Source: Minisyncoccota bacterium
GTDB lineage: Bacteria; Patescibacteriota; Minisyncoccia; Phycocordibacterales; Zambryskibacteraceae
Direction: 5' to 3'
Length of the DNA stretch: 61,362 nt
Assembly: GCA_020059045.1 (NCBI GenBank)
Contig: JAGVCW010000018.1
Coordinates: 91,320-152,681 of the forward strand
Shown here: positions 34,306 through 43,939 of the stretch, in pieces
Numbering within the stretch: position 1 is the stretch's first letter
How the letters are laid out: each line of letters begins with the position of its first letter
Position numbers and translations under genes: made by a program
The notes under the pieces: generated by a model
Told to the model about the DNA's origin: nothing
The model's input: the letters and a program-made list of their open reading frames with translations, nothing else
Databases searched by the model: none

Positions 34306-34563
34306 TGTCTATCCTTGGACTGTGTTCTTTCGAACGGTGTCCGTTGACGGTTGCGCTATGGCTTGGCCAGTATGGTTTCGCCACAGCCCTAAATAAATAT
34401 TGTGTATCTTTACTTACGGCTTTGGCGAATAAGTATCAAAGAACCTTCTCTTTTCAAAGTCTACACATTAAGGACTTTTAAGCAACAAAATTCCTTTCTC
34501 AAGATTTATAGTTATTCCTCCCAAAACATAGATTAATTTTGCTTCTCTTTATCGTTTTCAACA

Positions 34564-34591
34564 TTAACATTTCTCGCGATCGCGAGAAATG
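34564..34591. repeat. 28-nt perfect palindrome AACATTTCTCGCGATCGCGAGAAATGTT
   Basis: Read directly. It lies about 95 nt downstream of the lysS stop, and no T-run follows it on either strand. Confidence 0.85.
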
Positions 34592-34684
34592 TTAAGTTAA
34601 GTCATTAGGGTCAATGTCCCATAGTCAGACAACTCAAGCTCAAGTATAAAATGGATTGACGTAACATTGAGAAATCAGAGAAAA

Positions 34685-36196
34685 CTAATCCTTTTTAGGT
34701 CTTAGTGTTGGAAAAAGTATTACCTCTCGGATATTTTTCACATTTGTAAGTAACATTACAAGCCTATCAATTCCTATTCCTACACCACCAGCAGGCGGCA
34801 TGCCATACTCCATAGCTTCAATAAAATCATCATCTATCCTTTGTGCATCCTTCTCACCATCATTCATTAGCTTCTCTTGATTCTCAAATCTTTCTCGCTG
34901 ATCTATAGGATCATTTAATTCGGAGAATGCTTTCACTAGTTCCACACCCCCTACTACTAGCTGGAATGCATCTACTATTCCCTCCTCACCACTTTTCTTC
35001 TTTGCAAGTGGCAAGTAGTTAGCTGGATAGTCCACCACAAAGGTGGGTTGAACAAGTTTTGGCCTGCAAGTCTTTTTATATATATTGTCCATTATTTTAT
35101 ACAGTGAGTCAGAGGGAGCTACATTGACCCCAAGCTGAGCCGCCTTCACTGCAAGCTCTTCCCTTGATATTCCTTCAGGATTTGGGATGAGTGCATTGCG
35201 TTTTAGCAGATCGAAGTACTTAGCTACAGGGAATTTCTTTGAAAAATCAATCTCGTGGTCATTCCACAGAATTTTGCTTGATTTGAAAATATTTTTTAAA
35301 AGAGTTTTAAACATCTTCTCCACAAAATCTCTCTGCTTTGTGGCATCACTGTAACTTTCATAAAATTCAAGCATCGTAAATTCTGGGTTATGCGTCACAT
35401 CCACCCCTTCATTACGAAAGTCCCTAGCAATTTCATAAACCTTAGGGAACCCCCCCACAAGAAGTCTCTTTAGATATAGTTCATCAGAAATACGCAAATA
35501 TAGATCCATATCTAAAGCGTTATGATGCGTAATAAACGGCTCAGCAGATGCTCCACCATAAATTGGCTGGAGAACGGGAGTTTCCACTTCAAGATATCCT
35601 GCATCATCTAGAAACTTTCTTACTTCGCTTACTATTTTTGAGCGCAAAACGAATCTCTCCATCACTTCCTTGTTCATGAGAGTGTCAAGATATCTATGTC
35701 TTGATCTTTCCTCCACATCTTGAAGCCCGTGCCACTTCTCAGGAAGCTGTCTTAGAGCCTTAGCAAGCATTCGCCATGACACAACTTGTAAAGTCTTTTC
35801 GTTTCTTTTTGTAAGAAATAGACTACCACTAACTTCTATGAAATCCCCAACGTCAACAGTGTTAGCAAAAAGTTCAAAATCTACAGGAGTTATATGTAGT
35901 TCTCCTTTTTTTGGTTTCACACCACTTTCTGGATCTGCTTTTTTAAGTAGGCCTTGAAACTTTTCTGTTCCATCTGAAAAATTGAAAAAGATAAGTCCTC
36001 CTTGTGGTCGTAGCGCAAGCACTCGTCCTACAAGTGATATTGGCGTTTTAGACTTAGAAAGTTTTGTGAAGTTGTTTACAACTGCGAGAAGCTCATAGTC
36101 TTGTCGAGACTCAAGCGGGTACGGATTCATGCCAGCTTCTACAAGCTTATGGAGCTTTTCTAATCTTGTATTGCGTATTTCATCTAGAGATGACAC
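34685..36196 (-). CDS. lysS: lysine--tRNA ligase (class II)
   Basis: OB-fold N-domain plus class II motifs (FRNEGVDVTHNPEFTMLEFY, GGVGIGIDRLVMLL). GTG start. Confidence 0.95.
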   Translation of the reverse strand: MSSLDEIRNTRLEKLHKLVEAGMNPYPLESRQDYELLAVVNNFTKLSKSKTPISLVGRVLALRPQGGLIFFNFSDGTEKFQGLLKKADPESGVKPKKGELHITPVDFELFANTVDVGDFIEVSGSLFLTKRNEKTLQVVSWRMLAKALRQLPEKWHGLQDVEERSRHRYLDTLMNKEVMERFVLRSKIVSEVRKFLDDAGYLEVETPVLQPIYGGASAEPFITHHNALDMDLYLRISDELYLKRLLVGGFPKVYEIARDFRNEGVDVTHNPEFTMLEFYESYSDATKQRDFVEKMFKTLLKNIFKSSKILWNDHEIDFSKKFPVAKYFDLLKRNALIPNPEGISREELAVKAAQLGVNVAPSDSLYKIMDNIYKKTCRPKLVQPTFVVDYPANYLPLAKKKSGEEGIVDAFQLVVGGVELVKAFSELNDPIDQRERFENQEKLMNDGEKDAQRIDDDFIEAMEYGMPPAGGVGIGIDRLVMLLTNVKNIREVILFPTLRPKKD

Positions 36197-36285
36197 GGAG
36201 GTAGTAAATAGTGAATTAGTGATAAGCAGGCAGCAAAAATATAATTACTTTTTACTGATGAGGACTCCCGTTTGCTCTACCTGCT

Positions 36286-36753
36286 TTACTTAATATCAGT
36301 AATTTTGTAAATCATTGTACCACTTGGAGATGTAAATGAAAATGATTCGCCTTTCTTCTTCCCAAGTGAAGCGGCACCAAGGGGAGACTTAACAGATATC
36401 TTACCTGCACTCATATCTGCTTCCTCGGATCCAACAATAGTAAAAGTTCTTTTGTCCTTCTCACCATCTTTTAGCACGGTTATAGCAGAGCCGATAGATA
36501 CTGCACTTGTTTCGTGCGTAGAAATAATTGTTGCCAATTTTAATATTCTTTCAATGTGCGCGATTCTGTCTTCGACAGCTGCTTGTGTGTCGCGTGCCTC
36601 ATGATACTCCGCGTTCTCGGCAAGATCACCTAGACCTTTAGCGTACTCAAGATTTTGAGCAACTTCTTTACGTCTTGTGGTTTTCAAATGTTCAAGTTCT
36701 TTCTTGAATTCCTCAAACTTTTCTTTTGTTAGATACTCGTGTTCGTCGGACAT
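36286..36753 (-). CDS. greA: transcription elongation factor GreA
   Basis: LGDLAENAEYHEARDTQA coiled-coil tip motif and a C-terminal FKBP-like domain. The start is set at MSDEHEY. Confidence 0.9.
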   Translation of the reverse strand: MSDEHEYLTKEKFEEFKKELEHLKTTRRKEVAQNLEYAKGLGDLAENAEYHEARDTQAAVEDRIAHIERILKLATIISTHETSAVSIGSAITVLKDGEKDKRTFTIVGSEEADMSAGKISVKSPLGAASLGKKKGESFSFTSPSGTMIYKITDIK

Positions 36754-36922
36754 ATAATTGACGGACATCATACAGTAACCACGAACAAAAGCAAGGAAAA
36801 CCAATGAGGCATTGCTTTTTGGAGGTGTAAAAGTGTGATTATCAACAATAATTAGAAATACCTTTGTTTTTGGCCATTATTTGTATCTTTTTTGTTTTAA
36901 ATTTTTTGTATAATTATTTTCC

Positions 36923-36950
36923 TTGACAATAATTATGGATATGATATAAT
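36923..36950 (+). promoter_or_regulatory. sigma-70-type promoter (TTGACA-16-TGATATAAT)
   Basis: Hexamers at 36923-36928 and 36945-36950. The leader to the csp ATG is about 100 nt. Confidence 0.6.
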
Positions 36951-37056
36951 ACAAGCAGATAGGTTCTACCCCAAATTATCGGGGAACTCCATAGACGCCC
37001 AACTACGGAGTTGCCTACACACGGGCACCTCACACACGAACAAAGGAGAAAAGGCA

Positions 37057-37347
37057 ATGGCCAAGAAGCCGAAGAAGAACCCCACCGACAAGGTGGGCAC
37101 GAACGGAAACGGTCACGCGGACAATGGTGGGGGAAAGGGCAACACCGTCACCGGCACGGTCAAGTGGTTCAACGACGCGAAAGGCTTCGGCTTCATCACC
37201 CCGGACGACGGCGGAAAGGACATGTTTGTCCATCACTCCGGGATCCTGTCACAGGGATTTCGATCCCTCTCCGAAGGTGAGAAGGTCGAGTTTGTGGTGA
37301 TGCAGGGCAAGAAGGGGCCACAGGCAGAGCAGGTCGTGCGGACGTAG
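37057..37347 (+). CDS. cold-shock domain protein with ~30-aa Gly/Lys/Asn-rich N-terminal extension
   Basis: [29 protein letters not shown] contains RNP1/RNP2-like motifs. AAAGGAG RBS. Very G+C-rich (39/60 in my sample at 37081-37140). Confidence 0.88.
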   Translation: MAKKPKKNPTDKVGTNGNGHADNGGGKGNTVTGTVKWFNDAKGFGFITPDDGGKDMFVHHSGILSQGFRSLSEGEKVEFVVMQGKKGPQAEQVVRT

Positions 37348-37363
37348 TGTGCGGGTAGTGAAA

Positions 37364-37396
37364 AGGCGCTCACCAAACGGTGAGCGCCTAGTTTTT
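37364..37396. terminator. rho-independent terminator (shared with convergent mrdA)
   Basis: 11-bp hairpin AGGCGCTCACC/GGTGAGCGCCT followed by AGTTTTT. Confidence 0.8.
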
Positions 37397-37405
37397 ATCT
37401 AAATT

Positions 37406-39124
37406 TTACTTCACATGTTCAGGTGTCTCGACATACATCCATTCAAACAACTGTCTCATAACAAATGTTGCACCTATTTGATTGTGAACATCGCCCCGCT
37501 CCATTATAACCGCGAAGGCATACTTAGGATTCTCGTATGGGAAGAAGCCCGTGACCCAAGAATTCACATCTTGTTTCGATACACCAAGCTCAGCAGTACC
37601 AGTTTTTGCCGCTACACTTATTCCAGGCATCGAAAGCCCCTTGGCTGTTCCATCAGTTACAGATTGCCTCATTCCCTCTCTTACAATTTCTAAATGCGAA
37701 GGATTGATTGGTAACCGCTCTGCGTTCCTTACGGGAAGTGGGTTATTTGCAAGTAGGCTAGGCGCCAAAAGCGTCCCACCATTTGCGAGAGCTGCAATTC
37801 CTCGTACCACTTGAATTGGGGTAACTTGGAATCCATACTGCCCAATGGAGCTATTGTAAGTATCACCTATTCGCCAATCATCATCCTCGAAATTTTCTGC
37901 TTTCCACGCGGGGCTCGGTACGTTACCTTTACCCTCACCAGCTAGATCAATATTTGAAATGTCACCGAATCCAAACATTCTCATATACTTTTCGATATTT
38001 GAAATACCAATTCCTTTCTGTCCATCATAGCCACCTCCTACAGAAAAGAAATATACATTCGAGGAAACTGATATTGCTCCTCTCAGATCTACCCAACCAT
38101 GTGCCTTCCAGTCCTTAAATATTGTTTTCTTTGTTGGATCATATGGGTTCGGAACTGTTATGGAACCTGTACTAAGAATCTGCTTGCTTGGATCAACCAC
38201 TCCTTCAGTAAGCACTCCTGTGGCAATAAACGGCTTAACAATAGAACCAGGAATATATAGTCCAGATACTGCCCTGTTTAAGAACGGGTTACTTTTTGCA
38301 TTCAAGAAACCATTAATAGCTGCGACATCAGTACCATCTGTCATAACATTTGCACTGTATTCAGGGTAACTTGTAAGTGCAAGCACTTCCCCATTTAAAA
38401 CATTCATGATCACTCCAGCCCCTCCACTAAAACCTCTCTCAATTGCGGTACTTTCTATAAGCTCGTAAAACTTGCTCTGAACCCGCGAATCGATTGAAAG
38501 CGTCAAGTTCTCTCCATCGACAGGTGGTGTAAGAAGGCTCTCTGATTGGATCTCACCAAGTGCATCTGTCTCTGTTATTTTAAGGCCATTCGCGCCCAAA
38601 AGTTCCGTGTTGTAGTATTCTTCAACCCCGTCTTGAGGAACAAATTCTTTTTCATAATATATTCCAAACTTATCCTGAGAGGGATACTTCACATATCCGA
38701 CGACATGAGAAAAGCCTGGGCTATCGATATAGCTACGCTTCGCGAAATCACCAAGAGGGTTCAATGAATTCCCCGCAAGAACCACTTTATTTCTATCAAG
38801 TATTAAACCTCTATCTGCAAATATAGTTGTATGCGACAGACGATTATTCTCACTGCGTACCTCAAATGCTTCTCCCTGGTTGATCTGGAGAATCCACAAC
38901 CTTCCAGTAAATATTATTCCCACCACAAGGAAGATCACTCCTGCAAAAAAGAAAGTACTTCGCTCAATTGGTTTCTCAATTCTGCCTTCAAATTGATACG
39001 TGTTAAACGATGGCAAGTTGGATGAATCAAGGAAAATCTCATCAGGATCAATCTCCTCCTGTGTATTAATTTTACCCTTTGACCATATTCTTCTCCTTAG
39101 ACGTTTAAGCATAATTGTGAGCAT
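37406..39124 (-). CDS. mrdA: penicillin-binding protein 2 (elongasome transpeptidase)
   Basis: SIVK (SxxK), SSN and KTGT motifs. It sits immediately downstream of mreBCD. Confidence 0.85.
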   Translation of the reverse strand: MLTIMLKRLRRRIWSKGKINTQEEIDPDEIFLDSSNLPSFNTYQFEGRIEKPIERSTFFFAGVIFLVVGIIFTGRLWILQINQGEAFEVRSENNRLSHTTIFADRGLILDRNKVVLAGNSLNPLGDFAKRSYIDSPGFSHVVGYVKYPSQDKFGIYYEKEFVPQDGVEEYYNTELLGANGLKITETDALGEIQSESLLTPPVDGENLTLSIDSRVQSKFYELIESTAIERGFSGGAGVIMNVLNGEVLALTSYPEYSANVMTDGTDVAAINGFLNAKSNPFLNRAVSGLYIPGSIVKPFIATGVLTEGVVDPSKQILSTGSITVPNPYDPTKKTIFKDWKAHGWVDLRGAISVSSNVYFFSVGGGYDGQKGIGISNIEKYMRMFGFGDISNIDLAGEGKGNVPSPAWKAENFEDDDWRIGDTYNSSIGQYGFQVTPIQVVRGIAALANGGTLLAPSLLANNPLPVRNAERLPINPSHLEIVREGMRQSVTDGTAKGLSMPGISVAAKTGTAELGVSKQDVNSWVTGFFPYENPKYAFAVIMERGDVHNQIGATFVMRQLFEWMYVETPEHVK

Positions 39125-39188
39125 TATAACTCTTTATTTGCTCAACCCAAAAGTCATCACTTCATGAAGACGACGCTCACACAGATTC

Positions 39189-39461
39189 TTACTGCCTAAA
39201 CATTAACCGCTCTTTTGCCCAAAATGAGAATACGAAAATGATTGAAACGAAAATAGTAATAGGGTAACCGAAAGCAATTTCATGCCCACCTTGGCCGTAT
39301 AAGACGTCGAGAAGCAACCCGAGCAAAAGAACTTCCGGGAAAAATGCTAAATAGAAAGTGAAGACTACCCCAAGTACCAGAGTCGCCCACCAAGGCAGGA
39401 AGAAAAGCGCAAAAACTAAAAACAGGTCAACTCCAATTCTTTTTATATATTTCCTATTCAT
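39189..39461 (-). CDS. mreD: rod shape-determining protein MreD-like
   Basis: 90-aa polytopic membrane protein in the canonical position after mreC. Confidence 0.6.
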   Translation of the reverse strand: MNRKYIKRIGVDLFLVFALFFLPWWATLVLGVVFTFYLAFFPEVLLLGLLLDVLYGQGGHEIAFGYPITIFVSIIFVFSFWAKERLMFRQ

Positions 39462-40248
39462 TTAATATTCGGACCCACTTTAGCTCAAATATGTTCAAGG
39501 GGTAAGAAAGATAAACCGTTTTAAACGAATCTGCCTCAGTCTCCTCAATACTATCTACCGTTGCAAGAATATATGATCTAATTCCTGGATAAAGTGCGAA
39601 ATCATCACTATCAATCTGAAGTCCTTTTGGTACTGTAACTGTGAAGTTACCACCACCTCGACCGACAAGTGTGAGTGGCACAGATAGTTGTGAAAGTACG
39701 CTTTCAGTTTGTACATTTGCACTTGAGTAAAGCTCAACGCGCGCCGTCCTTTCATTCACTTCTATTATTTCACCAAGCATTACAAGATTCGATCCCACTA
39801 CTTTCTGGCCCACTGCGGCTCCTCTATAAGGAAGCTCTACAACAAATGTATCAAAGGGCGCCTGATCCGCTCTTGATATTACTCTTCCCGTAATACCATC
39901 TGCTGTAGATGTGGCCAAGTTCTTAAGAAGAGTGTTTTCTCTTATTAGATCATCATAATGGAGCAAGGCAACATTTGCCTCTGTGATCTCCTCTCTCAAT
40001 CTTTCGTTTTCAGTTATAAGAGAATCTTTCGTGCTAAGGAATGAAAAAGTTTTAGAAAAACTATTGTAAACCGCTGTTTTTGCCCGCCAAAGTGGTATAG
40101 AGATTGATTCGACAATATTTCCAAAAAAAGCAGGTGACAAGCGTGAGACAAGCAAAACAGTCATTATGAAAATAATCGCAAGAACAAATGCTCTCCGTGC
40201 TCCAATATTTTTCCTTGGTTTACTTTTGATAAGGGAGTTCATCTTCAT
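39454..40248 (-). CDS. mreC: rod shape-determining protein MreC
   Basis: N-terminal TM helix, a coiled-coil and beta-barrel domains. Positioned between mreB and mreD. Confidence 0.8.
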   Translation of the reverse strand: MKMNSLIKSKPRKNIGARRAFVLAIIFIMTVLLVSRLSPAFFGNIVESISIPLWRAKTAVYNSFSKTFSFLSTKDSLITENERLREEITEANVALLHYDDLIRENTLLKNLATSTADGITGRVISRADQAPFDTFVVELPYRGAAVGQKVVGSNLVMLGEIIEVNERTARVELYSSANVQTESVLSQLSVPLTLVGRGGGNFTVTVPKGLQIDSDDFALYPGIRSYILATVDSIEETEADSFKTVYLSYPLNIFELKWVRILNE

Positions 40249-41284
40249 TTTGTATTAGTACTTCTTTGAAACTTTCAAGATCTTCGAGAATTATACCTGT
40301 CCCCCTTGCAACAGATGTAAGTGGATCTTCTGCCATGTGCACAGGAATTTTGATTTCTTCTTCGAGTAGTTCTGCAAGACCTTTAATGAGTGCCCCACCG
40401 CCTGCAAGATATATTCCTCTATTCATAATGTCAGACAGTACTTCGGGTGGTGTGGTTTCAAGGACCTCTCTTGTAGCTTCGACTAGACTTGCAATAGATT
40501 GAGAGATTGCTTCACGAATATCTGAATCCGTAATTATAACTTCTCTTGGGAGACCCGTGACCAGGTCTCTGCCTTTTACTGACGCTTCAAGAGGAGCCTC
40601 ACCTGCAAGTACTGCCCCAATTGCAATTTTAATATTTTCTGCAGTTTTTTCACCAATAAGTATTTTAAATTCACTTCGAATATAGGAAATTATATCGTCA
40701 TCGAGCTTGTCTCCTGCTATGCGCAGGTTTCTTGCCCTCACTACTCCTCCGAGAGATATGACTGCAATGTCAGTAGTACCTCCTCCTATGTCTATGACCA
40801 TACTACCCACCGGGTCCTTCACTGGAAGGCGGATACCGATTGCCGCAGCCATGGGCTCCTCTACAATATGAACTTCACCTGCACCAGCATTTCGTGTTGC
40901 ATCTCGTACTGCTCGGATTTCTACATTCGTAATTCCAGACGGAACTCCCACAACCACTCGCGGCCCAAAAAGTTTTTTGTTATTTTGCTGTGCAGTGTTT
41001 AGAAGGTAAGTTATCATCTCCTCAGTCACTTCAAAGTCTGATATCACACCGTCAACGATCGGGCGTACTGCCACAATGTGTGCTGGTGTTCGTCCAAGCA
41101 TTTGCTTTGCAGTTTTTCCTACTGCTACCACCCGACCAGTCTTCTGATTCACTGCAACTACCGATGGCTCGTTTATTACAATTCCTGTACCACGTACGTA
41201 GACAAGCGTGTTTGCTGTGCCTAAGTCAATACCAATATCATTTGAGGTAAGGCGACGTAATTTTTCAAAACGGTTTAATATCAT
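40220..41284 (-). CDS. mreB: rod shape-determining protein MreB
   Basis: Actin-fold blocks DLGTANTLVY, VIDIGGGTTDIAVISLGG and GIYLAGGGALI. Confidence 0.95.
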   Translation of the reverse strand: MILNRFEKLRRLTSNDIGIDLGTANTLVYVRGTGIVINEPSVVAVNQKTGRVVAVGKTAKQMLGRTPAHIVAVRPIVDGVISDFEVTEEMITYLLNTAQQNNKKLFGPRVVVGVPSGITNVEIRAVRDATRNAGAGEVHIVEEPMAAAIGIRLPVKDPVGSMVIDIGGGTTDIAVISLGGVVRARNLRIAGDKLDDDIISYIRSEFKILIGEKTAENIKIAIGAVLAGEAPLEASVKGRDLVTGLPREVIITDSDIREAISQSIASLVEATREVLETTPPEVLSDIMNRGIYLAGGGALIKGLAELLEEEIKIPVHMAEDPLTSVARGTGIILEDLESFKEVLIQNEDELPYQK

Positions 41285-41339
41285 TACTGTAAGTTATTGA
41301 GGCCTAAATATAGCATTATATATGGCTATTTTTACAGCA

Positions 41340-41368
41340 TTGACTTTAATAACATAAATTGATATAAT
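41340..41368 (+). promoter_or_regulatory. sigma-70-type promoter (TTGACT-17-TGATATAAT)
   Basis: Hexamers at 41340-41345 and 41363-41368. The surrounding ~100 bp resembles 6701-6800. Confidence 0.6.
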
Positions 41369-41404
41369 ACTATATAGACAAACCTTGAAAGGAGTTCCTC
41401 TCAG

Positions 41405-41647
41405 ATGAAAATGCTTACCATAATCGAGGTAACTGCGCCTTACAATTCAGAAGACGCCGGAGGTGATGTGGAAAAAACATACGGACCATATGCCAACGAA
41501 TTTGTAGCAGCCAGACATCTCGAGCGATCTGGTTGGGCCAAAAATTATTCAGCGTCTAAATTCTGGTACAAAAACAAGTTCGGTACATCTATCCGAGCGG
41601 AAGTAAAAAGCCAAGCATTCTTGACTGCAATCACCGAACTCCCCTAG
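41405..41647 (+). CDS. hypothetical small protein (80 aa)
   Basis: AAAGGAG RBS with a flanking promoter and terminator. Confidence 0.6.
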   Translation: MKMLTIIEVTAPYNSEDAGGDVEKTYGPYANEFVAARHLERSGWAKNYSASKFWYKNKFGTSIRAEVKSQAFLTAITELP

Positions 41648-41701
41648 CCAATCACTCAAGTTCCAGTGATCTGAACTAGACACATCTTCTCTTGCCACCA
41701 C

Positions 41702-41732
41702 GCACCGACACGCTAGTTGTCGGTGCTTTTTT
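41702..41732 (+). terminator. rho-independent terminator
   Basis: Hairpin GCACCGACA/TGTCGGTGC followed by T6. Confidence 0.8.
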
Positions 41733-41741
41733 AATATACAT

Positions 41742-41768
41742 TTGACAATAAGCTCAAATACTTATACT
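41742..41768 (+). promoter_or_regulatory. possible promoter (TTGACA, 15-nt spacer, TATACT)
   Basis: Hexamers at 41742-41747 and 41763-41768. The spacer is short. Confidence 0.4.
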
Positions 41769-41808
41769 CTGACAAACAGACTGTTACCTAATCAAACAAG
41801 GAGTTCTC

Positions 41809-42147
41809 ATGTCATCAAAAGTTTCCCCACTTATGCCGGCTGGTCCCTTGACCTACTCAGACGGAAAAAAGGTAGTCGAAACACGCCTCAAGCCCGGAGA
41901 CGATATTACTTTTCAAGTGATACCTGGACACATTTTGATTTCACTTGCTGGGAGACGAAAGGATGCTTGGGTAAATATCTTGTGGCCAAACAAAGCTGAC
42001 AAGTTCCTCATCTATACTGGAGACATCCAACCGGAGAGAATGTTTGAATACATTGCCACCGTTATGGCTGCAATTCTAGGATTTAGGCTTAAGCCAATTC
42101 TGGCTGATCCTGAGAGATACGCAGGGTTCACATTTGCTAGGCGCTAG
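41809..42147 (+). CDS. hypothetical protein (112 aa)
   Basis: CAAGGAG RBS, followed by a terminator. Confidence 0.6.
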   Translation: MSSKVSPLMPAGPLTYSDGKKVVETRLKPGDDITFQVIPGHILISLAGRRKDAWVNILWPNKADKFLIYTGDIQPERMFEYIATVMAAILGFRLKPILADPERYAGFTFARR

Positions 42148-42165
42148 AACAAATAAGCACTTTTG

Positions 42166-42190
42166 ACATCGACATCTGTCGATGTTTTTT
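42166..42190. terminator. rho-independent terminator (between convergent genes)
   Basis: Hairpin ACATCGAC/GTCGATGT followed by T5. Confidence 0.75.
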
Positions 42191-42197
42191 AATACTA

Positions 42198-43439
42198 TTA
42201 AATATTACTAGTGAATAAATCCTCCTCTGTGACTACCTTAGACTCTCCTGTCTTTCTGTTCTTTATTTCAACGGTGCCATCCTTTTCCCCTCTTTCACTT
42301 ACTATAACCTGCGTTGGTATCCCAATGAGTTCAGCGTCAGCAAACTTCTCTCCGGCACGCATGTCTCTGTCGTCGTATAGCACTTCATAATTTTCTGAAA
42401 GTTTTTCATATATTCCTTCCGCGCGACCACCTTTTGACTCTTTTCCAGATGCTATTTCTATTAGGTGATATTTGAATGGTGAAATTGTTTCTGGCCAAAC
42501 TATTCCCTTCTCATCTGCAAGAACTTCCACTACAGTTCCCATAAGCCGAGTTGTTCCTATACCATAGCAACCGACAATTGGATATTTAGATTCTCCATTC
42601 TTATTTTTATAAGTAAACTCAAAACTTTTAGGATATTTTTCACCAAGATCAAACACGTTACCCACTTCGGCTGCACGAGCAGCTTTAAGTTTAGACTTGC
42701 CACATTTTGGACAATCTCCTCCTTCAAGAACCTTTGACACATCCACATTGGCACAATGAGTACAAGACTCACAATATAAAATATTATCTTCACCTGCATC
42801 GGTGAGCACCATAAACTCATAAGACAATTTTTCTGAGAAACTGCCGCCTGATGCCTCGGTAACTTTCGCATCAAGGCCAGCTCGCTTGAAAACTTGAAAA
42901 TATGCTTGCTTTGCAATTTCGTAGAATCTTTCGAAATCTTCTTGGCTCTCGTGGAAACTATACATATCCTTCATACCAAACTCCCTTCCTCTCATAATTC
43001 CACTTTTTGCTCGGAGCTCATCTCGATATTTCTGCCCAATCTGATATATGGCGACAGGTAAGTCCTTGTAAGAGGTTACATATTCCTGGGCAATGGGAGT
43101 CACTATCTCTTCTTCACTTTGTCCAAGTGCGTATTCTTTATCTGTACGGCTTTGCAATTTGAAGAGTACATCCACAGCATCCCATCCTCCTGTCTTCTTC
43201 CAATTATCGCTTGGATGAAGTGTGGCCATTCTGATCTCTTGTCCGCCAATTTTATTCATCTCATCACGAATAATATCTTCAATCTTTTTCATCACACGGA
43301 TACCTAAAGGCAATAAAGAGTAGACACCTGCCATTTCCTTGTGTATATATCCCCCACGAACAAGTAGTTCTGCGTTCTTTGTAATCTCGTCCTTAGGAGC
43401 CTCTCGACGAGTTTTTGTAAAAAGTTGTGATTGTAGCAT
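42198..43439 (-). CDS. proS: proline--tRNA ligase, short form with Cys-rich mini-insert instead of INS domain
   Basis: Class II motifs (FRDELRAKSGIMRGREF, GCYGIGTTRL) and an anticodon-binding domain. Total length 413 aa. Confidence 0.9.
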   Translation of the reverse strand: MLQSQLFTKTRREAPKDEITKNAELLVRGGYIHKEMAGVYSLLPLGIRVMKKIEDIIRDEMNKIGGQEIRMATLHPSDNWKKTGGWDAVDVLFKLQSRTDKEYALGQSEEEIVTPIAQEYVTSYKDLPVAIYQIGQKYRDELRAKSGIMRGREFGMKDMYSFHESQEDFERFYEIAKQAYFQVFKRAGLDAKVTEASGGSFSEKLSYEFMVLTDAGEDNILYCESCTHCANVDVSKVLEGGDCPKCGKSKLKAARAAEVGNVFDLGEKYPKSFEFTYKNKNGESKYPIVGCYGIGTTRLMGTVVEVLADEKGIVWPETISPFKYHLIEIASGKESKGGRAEGIYEKLSENYEVLYDDRDMRAGEKFADAELIGIPTQVIVSERGEKDGTVEIKNRKTGESKVVTEEDLFTSNI

Positions 43440-43488
43440 TTAGAAATAATATCCTACTTAGATCATTATTTAAATAGAAACATCATAC

Positions 43489-43517
43489 TTGACATTATGT
43501 CAGATAGATCATATTCT
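43489..43517 (+). promoter_or_regulatory. sigma-70-type promoter (TTGACA-17-TATTCT)
   Basis: Hexamers at 43489-43494 and 43512-43517. Confidence 0.5.
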
Positions 43518-43555
43518 ACTTTCTAGAACATCACCCACCACTCTCGGGAGGCAGA

Positions 43556-43909
43556 ATGTCCACTGAGGTAGCTACAGATCAAACCAAACCTACGAGTGAA
43601 TTTGTACAAAGCTTCACGAGATATTGGGTTGAGTCCAGTGAGGAGAGCGTTGTACAAGTAGACATATTTAGAGAAGTTGGTGGAGAATTTTCGTTTCAAA
43701 TTTACTTTGGTCGTAAAAACAGCCCGGAACTTCTTACTAAATCCGGAAATCTTCCACAGCTAGCGAGAACAACAAAAAAACAGGTTACACTTGGTACAAA
43801 CTGTGTAGAAATGGCTATTACATACCTACGGATAGGATCTAATTCTTTGGAAGCATTGAGGCTATGCATCCTCGATGTCCAAATGTTTGTAGCAAGAAAT
43901 TTGCAGTAG
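43556..43909 (+). CDS. hypothetical protein (117 aa)
   Basis: GGGAGG RBS, promoter upstream. Confidence 0.6.
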   Translation: MSTEVATDQTKPTSEFVQSFTRYWVESSEESVVQVDIFREVGGEFSFQIYFGRKNSPELLTKSGNLPQLARTTKKQVTLGTNCVEMAITYLRIGSNSLEALRLCILDVQMFVARNLQ

Positions 43910-43939
43910 TACGAGCGCCAACGGTGCTCTTTTTCATAA

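Noticed and set aside
37011-37280. 89-aa plus-strand and 68-aa minus-strand ORFs overlapping the cold-shock gene
   Set aside because: The frame starting at 37057 contains an unmistakable cold-shock domain with an SD. The others are G+C-driven shadows.
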